A DNA stretch of 64,000 bases from Candidatus Hodarchaeota archaeon (GTDB lineage: Archaea; Asgardarchaeota; Heimdallarchaeia; Hodarchaeales; Hodarchaeaceae): the NCBI GenBank assembly GCA_016839785.1, contig JAEOTQ010000177.1, positions 46,132 through 110,131 on the forward strand, written 5' to 3'. The notes beneath the pieces were generated by a model. It was not told the DNA's origin. It searched no databases and was given only the letters and a program-made list of their open reading frames with translations. Shown here piece after piece: positions 29,134 through 38,751 of the stretch. Every line of letters begins with the position of its first letter. Position 1 is the first letter of the stretch. Made by a program: the position numbers and the translations under genes.

Positions 29134-29304
29134 TATATTCTACATACGCCGTTGGGGTGTCGTCTAGGTATCCATAAATATAAACAAGAAGGAATGGCAA
29201 CATCTACACCAATAGAATATCACATGATCTGTTTAAGATGTGGCAAACCGAAAACTGTTTTTAGGAAAAGGAAAAAAAATAATTACAGAAACTCAAGTAT
29301 TTAG
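29068..29304 (+). CDS. Small membrane-anchored protein with DUF1660-like Cys/His motif
   Basis: N-terminal TM, then LGCRLGIHKY...CLRCGK and a basic tail. Confidence 0.55.
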   Translation: MNEITTIIVSAITSIIISLITVYILHTPLGCRLGIHKYKQEGMATSTPIEYHMICLRCGKPKTVFRKRKKNNYRNSSI

Positions 29305-29377
29305 TCTCTATTTGAATAAAATTTTTAAAAACTATACCACAGAAGCGAAATTTAGTCTTTTCTGAGGTTTAGGAAAA

Positions 29378-30052
29378 ATGAACAAAGGTTTTTTATTTTT
29401 GATCGTGATCCTTTTAGGTCTTTCTTTTGCGACCTATCCTTTACCTGTTGAGGGAGCAGTGATTCATAATGAAACTTCCCTCTTTCAACCGCTTTCGATT
29501 TCGGAACTCAGTCTATCCGGGAGGTTCTATTTTGAGAATAGTTCAGAACTGAATTCAATCTTTCGGTTATTATACTATTCTGCGGTACGTATCGGGGAAA
29601 AATATAATGTGTCTTTCAGTTTAGACAGTAATTCAACGACAAACGTGCGAATTACTTGTTCTATTAGTCCTAATATGTGGGAGGGCCCTACAGAGATAAA
29701 TCTTCAACCCTTTGAGACAAAGAGTCAGATTTATTTCTCCCATGTCTGTGGGGATAATCTAGATGTGATTAGTCCAGTCTTCAAACTCCAGTTAATGAAT
29801 AGTACAGCTAAGGTGAGCGGATATTATGAAGCAGTCTTGTTATTTGCTGGATATCAACACCCCTCCTGTGGGATTGGCCAAATAATCGTTTCAAATATTA
29901 CACAATGGTTATTCGATATTTCATCTAGTAAGACTACTAGTACGACTACTAGTAACACTACCTCCGATGTGACCAGAGAATTTCTAATTTATGTCTTCCT
30001 CGGGCCAATACTTATTGCATTCAAAAGGAAAAGGCTATTATTTACCAGATGA
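29378..30052 (+). CDS. Secreted/surface protein with C-terminal membrane anchor
   Basis: Signal peptide, several N-x-S/T sequons, S/T-rich linker, TM and KRKR tail. Confidence 0.75.
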   Translation: MNKGFLFLIVILLGLSFATYPLPVEGAVIHNETSLFQPLSISELSLSGRFYFENSSELNSIFRLLYYSAVRIGEKYNVSFSLDSNSTTNVRITCSISPNMWEGPTEINLQPFETKSQIYFSHVCGDNLDVISPVFKLQLMNSTAKVSGYYEAVLLFAGYQHPSCGIGQIIVSNITQWLFDISSSKTTSTTTSNTTSDVTREFLIYVFLGPILIAFKRKRLLFTR

Positions 30053-30218
30053 TTGTGGTATTCCAAAAATCTATATCGAATTATTATGTGAATCCAAAAA
30101 ACAACATAATCGTGTTTTTATTTGGATTAGATACCGTTTTTCGACATTATTTCATATCTTAGGTGTCTATTTGGTGTGTGCGCGAAGCACACTGTCGTGT
30201 GATTCAATTGAGATACAT

Positions 30219-30365
30219 ATGATTTATACCTTTCATTTCACAAATGAGTATACAGTATTATCCGAAGATCTTAAAACTAAAGTAAAAGTCCCAAATGCTG
30301 ATCAAATACAACGATTCATGCATCTAATGAATGACATAGAGTTTACACAAGAAACGTCTATTTAA
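30219..30365 (+). pseudogene. Orphan copy of the last 48 codons of the large permease
   Basis: MIYTFHFTNEYTVLSEDLKTKVKVPNADQIQRFMHLMNDIEFTQETSI aligns without gaps to MNYALHFPKEYVPLSEEHPTQIKVPNAEQIERFVHLMQDFEFREDVTS. Confidence 0.85.
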
Positions 30366-30670
30366 AGACACAAAAATGACAGACAAATGACATTTTTTCT
30401 ACAACACTTATTTTGTACTGCCATATCAAAGGAAATAACTACAAAAATCTCTTGAAATTTCAAGTAAAATAGTTGAATCTCATTGGAAAGCACCCAAAAC
30501 GTAGAAAGAAAATATGAACTGAAATCATACCTCCTTCTGATATTAGCCACGCTAATTTGGGGAGGAAGCTGGCCCTTAAGCAGATGGTTAGTCTCCGAGG
30601 AAGTAGGTGGTGAAACTATTCCACCTTTAATGGTTGGGATCTTGAGGTATTTCATAGCTATTTGGGTTTT
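30219..30670 (+). repeat. Diverged direct repeat, right copy
   Basis: Counterpart of 25849-26320. Confidence 0.9.
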
Positions 30671-31448
30671 TTTCTTTTTATTACGATGGCGTGAGGGTAC
30701 AATTAACTTTCCTGCTGTAACCGACCACTGGAAATCTATATTTCTAATGGGGTTGACTTCTGTAACCATTTACCAAATTGGTTTTTTATATGGAGAATAT
30801 TATACAGCTGCAAGTGATGCAAGTCTAATTGTGGCAACAAATCCAATCTGGGTCTTCATATTATCTGGATTCTTTCTGGGTGAAGGTTTTGGATGGAAAA
30901 AGGCAACAGGTGTCCTATTAGCATTTTTTGGGGTCTTATTCGTTGTAGGATTTTCACCCAATGTAGATGTCCCAAATCGATTTCTAGGCACTCTCTTCAT
31001 CCTTTTTGCTGCATTAGGTTACTCTACATATACGATTATTTATCGACACTACATTAATGGATTTGATACACCCTCTGACAAACCCTCTTCACTTTTTGTT
31101 ATCACATGGGTTTCTTTCTTCGGTTTTCTTATCACAACTCCAATTTCATTGGTTTTGAATCCAGAATATTTAAACCTTTTTCAATATTTGCAAATTCCCG
31201 AACGTATCTGGCTTGGAGCGGCGTATTTATCATTATTATCAACGGTGGTTGCTTATTGGTTATATTTAGAGGCCGTTAAGAGGTTGAATGCCAGCCGTGC
31301 TGCAATCTTCATAAATTTAGTACCCGTATGGGGGGTTTCATTATCAGTTCTTTTTTTGGGGGAATTACTTGATCCATTAGTCCATACTTCAGCCTTCATT
31401 TTAATTTCCTTGGGAATATTCTTAGTGAATCGGAGTCAAAATGGGTAA
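30483..31448 (+). CDS. EamA/DMT family transporter
   Basis: LIWGGSW, two EamA repeats, AAIFINLVPVWGV...LGE; 10 TM. Confidence 0.93.
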   Translation: MESTQNVERKYELKSYLLLILATLIWGGSWPLSRWLVSEEVGGETIPPLMVGILRYFIAIWVFFFLLRWREGTINFPAVTDHWKSIFLMGLTSVTIYQIGFLYGEYYTAASDASLIVATNPIWVFILSGFFLGEGFGWKKATGVLLAFFGVLFVVGFSPNVDVPNRFLGTLFILFAALGYSTYTIIYRHYINGFDTPSDKPSSLFVITWVSFFGFLITTPISLVLNPEYLNLFQYLQIPERIWLGAAYLSLLSTVVAYWLYLEAVKRLNASRAAIFINLVPVWGVSLSVLFLGELLDPLVHTSAFILISLGIFLVNRSQNG

Positions 31449-31563
31449 CAGAATTTAAAATCCAATTTCACCAAAATAAAATAACTAGATTCCAACTTTT
31501 GATATCTAGCATATGTATCCTGAAGTTTATTAGAAATTAGTAAATTTTGCCTCTTGATGCTGG

Positions 31564-32886
31564 ATGCCAGAATATGAATTTTTACTTCAAATAGGACTAA
31601 TTTTAACAATTGGTGTTATCGGTTCGGATGTTTTAAAGAAGATAAACTTTCCAGAAATTCTGGGGTTTCTTCTAGTGGGAGTTTTTCTCAATCTTTTTTT
31701 CATAATTAATGGACATGAAATTAATTTAACGGAGCTTTTGGATATTGTCGTTGCTGTTACCTTAGGGTTCATTGGATTCAATCTAGGTTCAGAAATCGAT
31801 TGGAATACAATTAAAAATATGTCCACGAATATTATAATTATTCTACTCTTTGAATCTCTTCTCACATTTGCTGCTGTAACAGTAGTGGTTTATGCCTTAT
31901 CATTCCCACTACATGTTGCGTTAGTTTTTGGTGCACTGGCATCGGCAACAGCACCTGCAGGAACTGCTGCAATATTCTGGGAAAATCATTGTATAGGGCC
32001 ATTGACAACAGCAACAATGTTCATACTTGCTCTAGATGATATTGTCGCGATTATATTAACAGACTTGGCAATGGATTATTCTACTATTGTATACAGTGGT
32101 CATGCTTTAAATCTCACAGAATTATTCTTACCCATAGTTTTTGATCTATCGGCTTCATTTATGTTAGGGATTACGGCTGGACTATTAATTGTTTATGCAT
32201 TAAACCGAGTGGAAGATCATGGACGATATGTAAGCCTCGTAGTTGGTTCTATCTTAATGTGTATCGGTGTTGCAAGCATTCTGAATATTTCTTACATTTT
32301 ACCTACAATGGTATTCGGAATAACTGTTTCTAGTCTTTGTAAAAAGCCAGACATTGACTATCCAACAAAAAAGGTTTTACGGGAAGTACTCGGTTTATCC
32401 TCGCCAAAGTTAATGGAGATTATCTATAATAAGAAGAAAAATGGAGAATTCAAGACTGAACCTCACCAGATATTTCATGAAGTATTTCGAATTTCAACCC
32501 CCATAATCGCTTTGTTCTTCATTCTAATTGGCATAAGTCTCGATTTAACCTCTTTATTTGATATAGGACTTATTGGAATAGTCTACATGCTCACTAGGAC
32601 CCTTGCTAAGAGTGGTGGGGCATATTTTGGTGGAATTGTGGCTAAAGCGCAACCAGTAGTCCAGAAATATTTAGGCCTATGTCTGTTATCTCAAGCAGGA
32701 GTAGCGCTAGGACTGGCTGTTATTATTTCAGAACATTTTGCGCAATTTGGTACCGAAGCAGGAGCTCTCGGTATTTTCATCTTAAATACAATTACCGCTA
32801 GTACAATAATATTTCAAATTTTTGGACCTGTCGCCATAAAATGGGCGATTGACAAATCAGGAGAGGGGAATGGTCAAAGCTGCTAA
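31564..32886 (+). CDS. Cation:proton antiporter (CPA2-like)
   Basis: ASATAPA, LALDDIVA, FFILIG, SQAGVALGLA. Confidence 0.9.
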   Translation: MPEYEFLLQIGLILTIGVIGSDVLKKINFPEILGFLLVGVFLNLFFIINGHEINLTELLDIVVAVTLGFIGFNLGSEIDWNTIKNMSTNIIIILLFESLLTFAAVTVVVYALSFPLHVALVFGALASATAPAGTAAIFWENHCIGPLTTATMFILALDDIVAIILTDLAMDYSTIVYSGHALNLTELFLPIVFDLSASFMLGITAGLLIVYALNRVEDHGRYVSLVVGSILMCIGVASILNISYILPTMVFGITVSSLCKKPDIDYPTKKVLREVLGLSSPKLMEIIYNKKKNGEFKTEPHQIFHEVFRISTPIIALFFILIGISLDLTSLFDIGLIGIVYMLTRTLAKSGGAYFGGIVAKAQPVVQKYLGLCLLSQAGVALGLAVIISEHFAQFGTEAGALGIFILNTITASTIIFQIFGPVAIKWAIDKSGEGNGQSC

Positions 32887-32914
32887 ATTAGTCATGACTT
32901 TTAATCCTCTGTTT

Positions 32915-34495
32915 TCATGAGTTTAATCGATGATAGGCTTTCTTGTTATTCTTGTAAAGCAAGAGAAATTCTTTGAATATCCTGTCATACAATTTAACAT
33001 TCTGAGGATTAGGAGTAAAGGTTTTAGAAACATGAATTAAGTGAGGTATTTCTTCAACTTTAATAAAGCCTAATGCGACCGAAGCGATAAAAGCCGCGCC
33101 TCGAGCATTCGCTTGGATTGGATCTTTGATTTGTCTAATAGTGCGGTTTAGGACATCTGCGTAAATTTGACACCAGATATCTGATTTGGCACCTCCACCA
33201 ATAATGTTAAGCGGATTTAATCGTCGCTTAGTAAATTTCTCAACATATTTTAACACCCAGCGACTATTATAAGCAACACCTTCAAATACAGCTCTTATAA
33301 TCTCTTCTTTTTTAGTGGTCAAAGAAATATTAAAGATATTTCCTCTTAATTTATGATCTTCGACAGGTGTTCGTTCTCCATATAGCCAGGGAGTGAAAAT
33401 TACTCCATTACTACCTGCAGGTACCTGTTCTACAAGCTTGTCAAACGATTGATAGACCTCTGAATTTCCATAGAGATCTTCATTGTCAGAATAAAAGATG
33501 TTATCACGTAGGAAGGTTAAACTGGCTCCAGCTGTTTCCTGTTCGTTCACTACAAAATACCTTCCTGGAATAACTGAAGGAATTGAAGCTATGTTATGAC
33601 TGATATCTGTTTTCTTATAGGGAACATGACAGATCAACCATGAACTTGTTCCAATATAGATATGACCCTGATAGTCGTTAATAGCTCCAGACCCGATGAC
33701 CGCAGATTGGAGGTCAGGTGCGCCCATGGCTACTTTAACATCATGCTTTAACCCTAATTCATCAGCCACATCTGGTTTAATATCACCCAGGATAGAGGTG
33801 GGAGAATGGAGGTCAGGAAATTTATTTCTCTCAACTTTTAGTCGTTTAATCAGGCCTTCATCATAATGCACGTTGTCAATATTTCGGTTATTTGTTATCC
33901 AATGAAGAATGATAGAAGTTGTTGAAGCTGCAAATTTCCCAGTAAACTTCAAATTGAGGTAGTCAATACATTCAAGAAATTTGTAAGTCTTCTCATAAAT
34001 TTCTGGGTATTTATATTTAATAAACAGAATATGGGAGATAGGATCCTTCCCAGAATGAGTTGGCGCTCCACCTGTCTTGTAAAGAAATCGAATAATATCT
34101 CTCAGCGGATATCCAGAAATTTTAATTAATCCTCGAAAGACTTTTTCTTTCAAATATTTCGCTCCCCGAGCGTCCATCCATATTATAGCATTCATTAAGG
34201 GGTTTCCCTGTTCATCAACTGCAACGGTTCCTGACCACTGAGAAGAGGAGGAAACAGCAATAATATCTTCAACTGGAACAATTTCTTTTGCTAATAATTC
34301 TTTTGATGTATTAAGAATAGCTTGCCACCATTCATTTGGGTTCTGCTCTGCTCCTCCTTGATCCTGAAAATAAACAGGAGTATGTTCATACACGAAATCT
34401 AAAACTTCCCCGTGTGTTGAAACAAGGGCAGTTTTCATTCCAGATGTACCATGATCGATTGCTAGAACGTATTTCTTTGAGGAAGTAGATGTCAT
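32915..34495 (-). CDS. FGGY-family carbohydrate kinase (xylulokinase-like)
   Basis: AIDHGTSGMK, IIWMDARG, YIGTSSW, PWLYGERTP, RAVFEGVA, IGGGAKSDIW. Confidence 0.92.
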   Translation of the reverse strand: MTSTSSKKYVLAIDHGTSGMKTALVSTHGEVLDFVYEHTPVYFQDQGGAEQNPNEWWQAILNTSKELLAKEIVPVEDIIAVSSSSQWSGTVAVDEQGNPLMNAIIWMDARGAKYLKEKVFRGLIKISGYPLRDIIRFLYKTGGAPTHSGKDPISHILFIKYKYPEIYEKTYKFLECIDYLNLKFTGKFAASTTSIILHWITNNRNIDNVHYDEGLIKRLKVERNKFPDLHSPTSILGDIKPDVADELGLKHDVKVAMGAPDLQSAVIGSGAINDYQGHIYIGTSSWLICHVPYKKTDISHNIASIPSVIPGRYFVVNEQETAGASLTFLRDNIFYSDNEDLYGNSEVYQSFDKLVEQVPAGSNGVIFTPWLYGERTPVEDHKLRGNIFNISLTTKKEEIIRAVFEGVAYNSRWVLKYVEKFTKRRLNPLNIIGGGAKSDIWCQIYADVLNRTIRQIKDPIQANARGAAFIASVALGFIKVEEIPHLIHVSKTFTPNPQNVKLYDRIFKEFLLLYKNNKKAYHRLNS

Positions 34496-34517
34496 TTCTC
34501 AATTCTCCGTGAATTTT

Positions 34518-35738
34518 TCATATAGTAATTTTTTCGATATTTCCCTCTGCATCAATAGACTCGATAGTTAGAGGGGAGGATCCTCCACTAGCAGTTTCTA
34601 AACTAAGATGCTCTTGTAATATCCCTAAAAATTCCATAGGATCCACACATGCCTCAGGGGGAAGGACTCCTTTATCAGTGACGAGTCCACGCTGTAACAT
34701 GATTGCTCCAAAGGCCACTGGCATTCCAGTACCCTCACCAAGTGCCTGATCAGCTGATGCAAGTGAAAATACAATTGTATGTTCTAAATCAGCTTTTTTT
34801 CCCTTAACAACAATTTTGACACATCCACGTTGGGTACCAAAGTTGGATTCTTTTAGTATCCGTTCACGAGCATGAATTATGTACGATATTGCGAAATCAA
34901 TTGGTTTAATTTTATCTCGAGTACCTTCAACATTAATCGGGGTTTCCTCATGCAGACCATTCTTCACCAAGTCAACAATTAAATAAAAATATTCAGGAGG
35001 AAGTACGGTTCCTTTATTGGTAACACGTTTCACATTCGGAATAAATTGAGGAATCGTAATCGTTTCAGGATGAGGATAGGGGTGTACACGGCAGATGCCT
35101 AATTTTTCGAACTCTACGTCCTCTTCTAAGGATTTGCCTTCATCACTGAAAAAATTAACAGTTTTAAAGCTTCCATCAATGAAAACAGGAATATCTGTTG
35201 TCATAGCATGGATTCGATGGAAAATAACTCCTGGCCCTTCCGTGGGTTCCCCTCCATGAGCATGATACAAATCTATAGAATCAACCTCATCCAGTAAGTC
35301 AGTTGCAGCAAACCTAGCAAGAATATTAGTGACACCAGGAGAGCTACCTAATCCGATTATTGCAGATACTTCTGTAGCTTTTGCCTCGGAATGCATATTC
35401 AGTGCAAGTTGTGTTGCATCAACATCATCGCTTACATCCACGTAATTTTTACCTGCTTGAATAGCAGCTTTAAGTACCAGAGGTCCATATTTATAAAAAG
35501 GGCCTATTGTATTAACTACAACATCAAACTCTTTCAGAATGTCAACTAATCTATCAAAATTATTAACATCAATCTTTTGAAAAAAAATTTTCTCAGGATT
35601 GGTTTGAATTAATTCTTGCCCTTTATTGGAATTAATATCTCCAATTACAACCTCAGAAAAGTCAGGAAAGGCCGCAAGTGTCTTTATTGCAATACTTCCG
35701 ACTACCCCACATCCCCCAAGACAGATTACCCTTGCCAT
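34518..35738 (-). CDS. Saccharopine dehydrogenase-family oxidoreductase
   Basis: LGGCGVVG Rossmann motif, NTIGPFY, NYVDVSDD, GLGSSPGVTN, HPE, GVLPPE. Confidence 0.9.
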   Translation of the reverse strand: MARVICLGGCGVVGSIAIKTLAAFPDFSEVVIGDINSNKGQELIQTNPEKIFFQKIDVNNFDRLVDILKEFDVVVNTIGPFYKYGPLVLKAAIQAGKNYVDVSDDVDATQLALNMHSEAKATEVSAIIGLGSSPGVTNILARFAATDLLDEVDSIDLYHAHGGEPTEGPGVIFHRIHAMTTDIPVFIDGSFKTVNFFSDEGKSLEEDVEFEKLGICRVHPYPHPETITIPQFIPNVKRVTNKGTVLPPEYFYLIVDLVKNGLHEETPINVEGTRDKIKPIDFAISYIIHARERILKESNFGTQRGCVKIVVKGKKADLEHTIVFSLASADQALGEGTGMPVAFGAIMLQRGLVTDKGVLPPEACVDPMEFLGILQEHLSLETASGGSSPLTIESIDAEGNIEKITI

Positions 35739-35824
35739 AAGTTATTTCTCCTAGGAATACAGTGAGTAGTTAATTAATCATTATCCCTTGAGAACTTTTT
35801 TAATAAAATATATCATCCTAGATC

Positions 35825-35904
35825 TTGCTCGCTTGTTATAGTAGAATTCAGAAATTTCTCTTGTACAAAAGATCTTTGTGATGGATTCATTCCCAAGCGA
35901 GCAA
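35825..35904. repeat. Perfect 11-bp inverted repeat enclosing 58 nt
   Basis: TTGCTCGCTTG (35825-35835) and CAAGCGAGCAA (35894-35904). Confidence 0.8.
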
Positions 35905-36033
35905 CATTACTTTATCCACATTAAATTTCACGAAATAATTCAAAATTTGTATAAAAGGAATCAAGATGTATTTTTGAGGAATAAATCTCCATCAGACAAA
36001 ATTATATCACATTAACTTAAAGAAGGACAAATT

Positions 36034-36288
36034 ATGACAAGAACGATTGAAATTTTAGGGGGAGGATGTTCAAAATGCGAAGCTTTGACTAAAAGTGCTG
36101 AATCAGTGGTCGAAAAACTCGGTTGGCAAGCAACAATTGTGCACATCACCGATATGGATGAAATTGTCGATAGAGGGATATTTACCACTCCCGCATTAGC
36201 ATTGGATGGGGAAATTATTGTATCAGGTCGGTATCTGCCTCCAAATCAACTCGAAACCCTTTTCCTCAAATATCCTACAAAAAAGTAA
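36034..36288 (+). CDS. Small thioredoxin-like redox-active disulfide protein (MTH895 type)
   Basis: IEILGGGCSKC...GIFTTPALALDG...SGR. Confidence 0.92.
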   Translation: MTRTIEILGGGCSKCEALTKSAESVVEKLGWQATIVHITDMDEIVDRGIFTTPALALDGEIIVSGRYLPPNQLETLFLKYPTKK

Positions 36289-36300
36289 GTAATAGGGATT

Positions 36301-38712
36301 GTGATGTCTACCCAAAGCCTTAAGGCATCCATTCAGTCACTCATCCTCTCCCTATTCCCAATTGACCCAAGAGCAATTAGCGACCAACATTACACTGATA
36401 TCCTATCTAAAATACAGAAAATCTGGAACTCTTACGAAAAAAAGCTACAGTCTGAGATAGAGGGCAAAAATAGAGATAATTTTGACAAAAACGAAATCCT
36501 CGGTCCCCGTGTCTACAAATATTTATTCCAATATTTGGAAAAATTCCAAGAGGCACGAAAAAATCATTTTAAAAATGATTATCAGCCCCTTCACTGGTGG
36601 CCTAGTGCAGATGATGTCTTTCTGAGCAACCGAGTTCCTGCTTTCTCTCACACCTTCCGATTTCATGATTCGATGGTTTATTTTTCTTTGGAAGGATCAT
36701 CGTTCAGGAAAAATGTCAAATATTCCCCAAGGAAGAAATATTATCTCTTATCTCCAACCCCCATTCAACAACAAGATTCATTGATCAGAATCGTGTTTCA
36801 ACATAGACCACTTTCAGAGAATGAAACAGTTGAGATGGGAAAACAACCTAAACAAGAAAGAATTAATGATAAAATATTGAAAATACTTTGTGAAAAAATG
36901 AAAAAATTCCCTAATCTAGCAGATCTCGATTGGAATCAATACAATGAAGTTTTATCTTTTCATATCTCTTTATTCACTCAAAAAAATGACCCTATTATCT
37001 TACACAAGAATCTTTTAACAAAATTTACAGCTTTAATCAATGATATTTGCTTACACAACTCATATAACGTTGCTTACCAAAACCGTCCTCCAAAACCAAC
37101 AGAAAAGCAAGATATTCTCAAATTAAACGAGATTCATTCTTGGTTCTTATTGGAGGTAGCTAGGCTTCTTAGTTCATTCGAAGAATCCCTTCTGACTATT
37201 TGGGGGAAAAAAAGCCTAGTTTCTCAAACTGACTATATAATCTCTCTAGGAAAATTAATTGACTGGGTAGGAAGGGATTTTGTTGAAGAAATAGTAGATT
37301 TAATAATTGATAATGGCAAGCAGACAAAAGAATGGATTGATCTTTATAAAATTGACTTAAATACTATTAAAGAATATTTAGGAGATTCTAAACTCCAAAG
37401 AATTTTCTATATAGATACAGGTCACTTTAACGATGATTTTAAAAGTAATTTACTGGATGCTTTACCTAAAGACCCCATACATGACCTTCTTGATGGTTAC
37501 GTATACCGAAGTGATAATTGGTATGCGTTAAATTCCCTAAGGGACCTGTGGGTTGGTAAAGTAAAATGTATTTATCTTGATCCCCCTTACAATACAGGAA
37601 ACGATGATTTCATCTATAAGGACGACTTTTCTCGGTATGAGTGGATGGTTATGATGCGAAACCGTCTTGAACTTGCCAAATCTTATCTTTCAGAGGATGG
37701 AGTCATCATAATAAGTATCGACGACAATGAAATGTATAATCTGAAATTATTGTTGGATGACATCTTTGACGATAACTCAATTGGGCCAATAATTGTACAA
37801 ACCAATCCTCGTGGTCGTACTTTAGATAAACACCTTGCCAAAACTCATGAATATCTCTTAATATATGCGATAAATAGAGACCATGTCAATACTTTGTTCA
37901 AAATTCCCAAGAATGAATTTCAACTTGCCGAATACAATAAAATTGATGATGAGGGTCGTGCATATCGCTTAATTGAGCTCCGAAATAGAAATCCACGTTT
38001 TAATCGGACTAATAGGCCAAATCTATATTATCCTCTTTATACCAACAAAAACTCCTTTCAAATCTCGTTAACGCAATCAGCTAATTTTCCTATAGAGATC
38101 TTGCCAAAAACAAGTCGTAATTCCGATGATTGCTGGACCTGGAGCAAAGAAAAGACGCTTGCTAATCTAGATATCTTGGTTTCAAAAAAAGTTTCAACAG
38201 GTGCTTGGCGGGTCTTCAGAAAGAACTACTTAGATAAAAAGGGGGATTCATCAACCACAAAAGAAAAATCCATCTGGATAGAGGGTTATTTGAGCAATGA
38301 AAGAGGAAGGGAACAATTACGTGACTTATTTGGATCGCATACTCATGATTATCCGAAATCTGTTGACTATATAGAACGCATTATTCAATTAGCCACAAAT
38401 GATAATCATATGATTATGGATTTTTTTGCTGGATCAGGGACAACAGCCCATGCAATAATGCACTGTAATCAGAAGAACCATACAAAGAATAAATTTATTC
38501 TTATTGAGAAGTCCCACCAATTCCAAGATGTTATTTTACCGAGGATTAAAAAACTCTCATATTCTTATCAGTGGAAAAACGGATATCCACTTAATAAAAG
38601 TGGCGAAGGAGTATTCATTCAGTACCAAATATTAGAACAACCCATGGAGGAAGTTTTTACTAAAGTTAATCTGAAGAATTTTCAATCAGGAACTAAAATG
38701 AAGTATACATAA
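36301..38712 (+). CDS. Type III Mod-like adenine DNA methyltransferase with long N-terminal region
   Basis: CIYLDPPYNTG (motif IV), central TRD, YPKS, MDFFAGSGTT (motif I): beta-class motif order. Confidence 0.88.
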   Translation: MMSTQSLKASIQSLILSLFPIDPRAISDQHYTDILSKIQKIWNSYEKKLQSEIEGKNRDNFDKNEILGPRVYKYLFQYLEKFQEARKNHFKNDYQPLHWWPSADDVFLSNRVPAFSHTFRFHDSMVYFSLEGSSFRKNVKYSPRKKYYLLSPTPIQQQDSLIRIVFQHRPLSENETVEMGKQPKQERINDKILKILCEKMKKFPNLADLDWNQYNEVLSFHISLFTQKNDPIILHKNLLTKFTALINDICLHNSYNVAYQNRPPKPTEKQDILKLNEIHSWFLLEVARLLSSFEESLLTIWGKKSLVSQTDYIISLGKLIDWVGRDFVEEIVDLIIDNGKQTKEWIDLYKIDLNTIKEYLGDSKLQRIFYIDTGHFNDDFKSNLLDALPKDPIHDLLDGYVYRSDNWYALNSLRDLWVGKVKCIYLDPPYNTGNDDFIYKDDFSRYEWMVMMRNRLELAKSYLSEDGVIIISIDDNEMYNLKLLLDDIFDDNSIGPIIVQTNPRGRTLDKHLAKTHEYLLIYAINRDHVNTLFKIPKNEFQLAEYNKIDDEGRAYRLIELRNRNPRFNRTNRPNLYYPLYTNKNSFQISLTQSANFPIEILPKTSRNSDDCWTWSKEKTLANLDILVSKKVSTGAWRVFRKNYLDKKGDSSTTKEKSIWIEGYLSNERGREQLRDLFGSHTHDYPKSVDYIERIIQLATNDNHMIMDFFAGSGTTAHAIMHCNQKNHTKNKFILIEKSHQFQDVILPRIKKLSYSYQWKNGYPLNKSGEGVFIQYQILEQPMEEVFTKVNLKNFQSGTKMKYT

Positions 38713-38751
38713 AAAAAAGGGGGAAGATAACTAAGCTTGATGTTTCAAAGC

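Larger units (their letters stand above)
26321..30218. mobile_element. Putative inserted cassette (no integrase) between the diverged direct repeats
   Basis: Bounded by duplicated fragments of the flanking genes; cargo is a corrinoid protein, an MtmB homologue, a phage-like small ORF and a surface protein. Confidence 0.55.

Noticed and set aside
29991-30365. 124-aa ORF as a real gene.
   Set aside because: Only the last 48 codons are homologous to the permease tail; the 5' part overlaps the previous gene and looks like chance open frame.
35825-35904. The inverted-repeat element as a eukaryote-like SECIS (AUGA...AAA on the - strand).
   Set aside because: The stem following AUGA has no complementary partner on that strand, and no UGA-containing ORF is adjacent.
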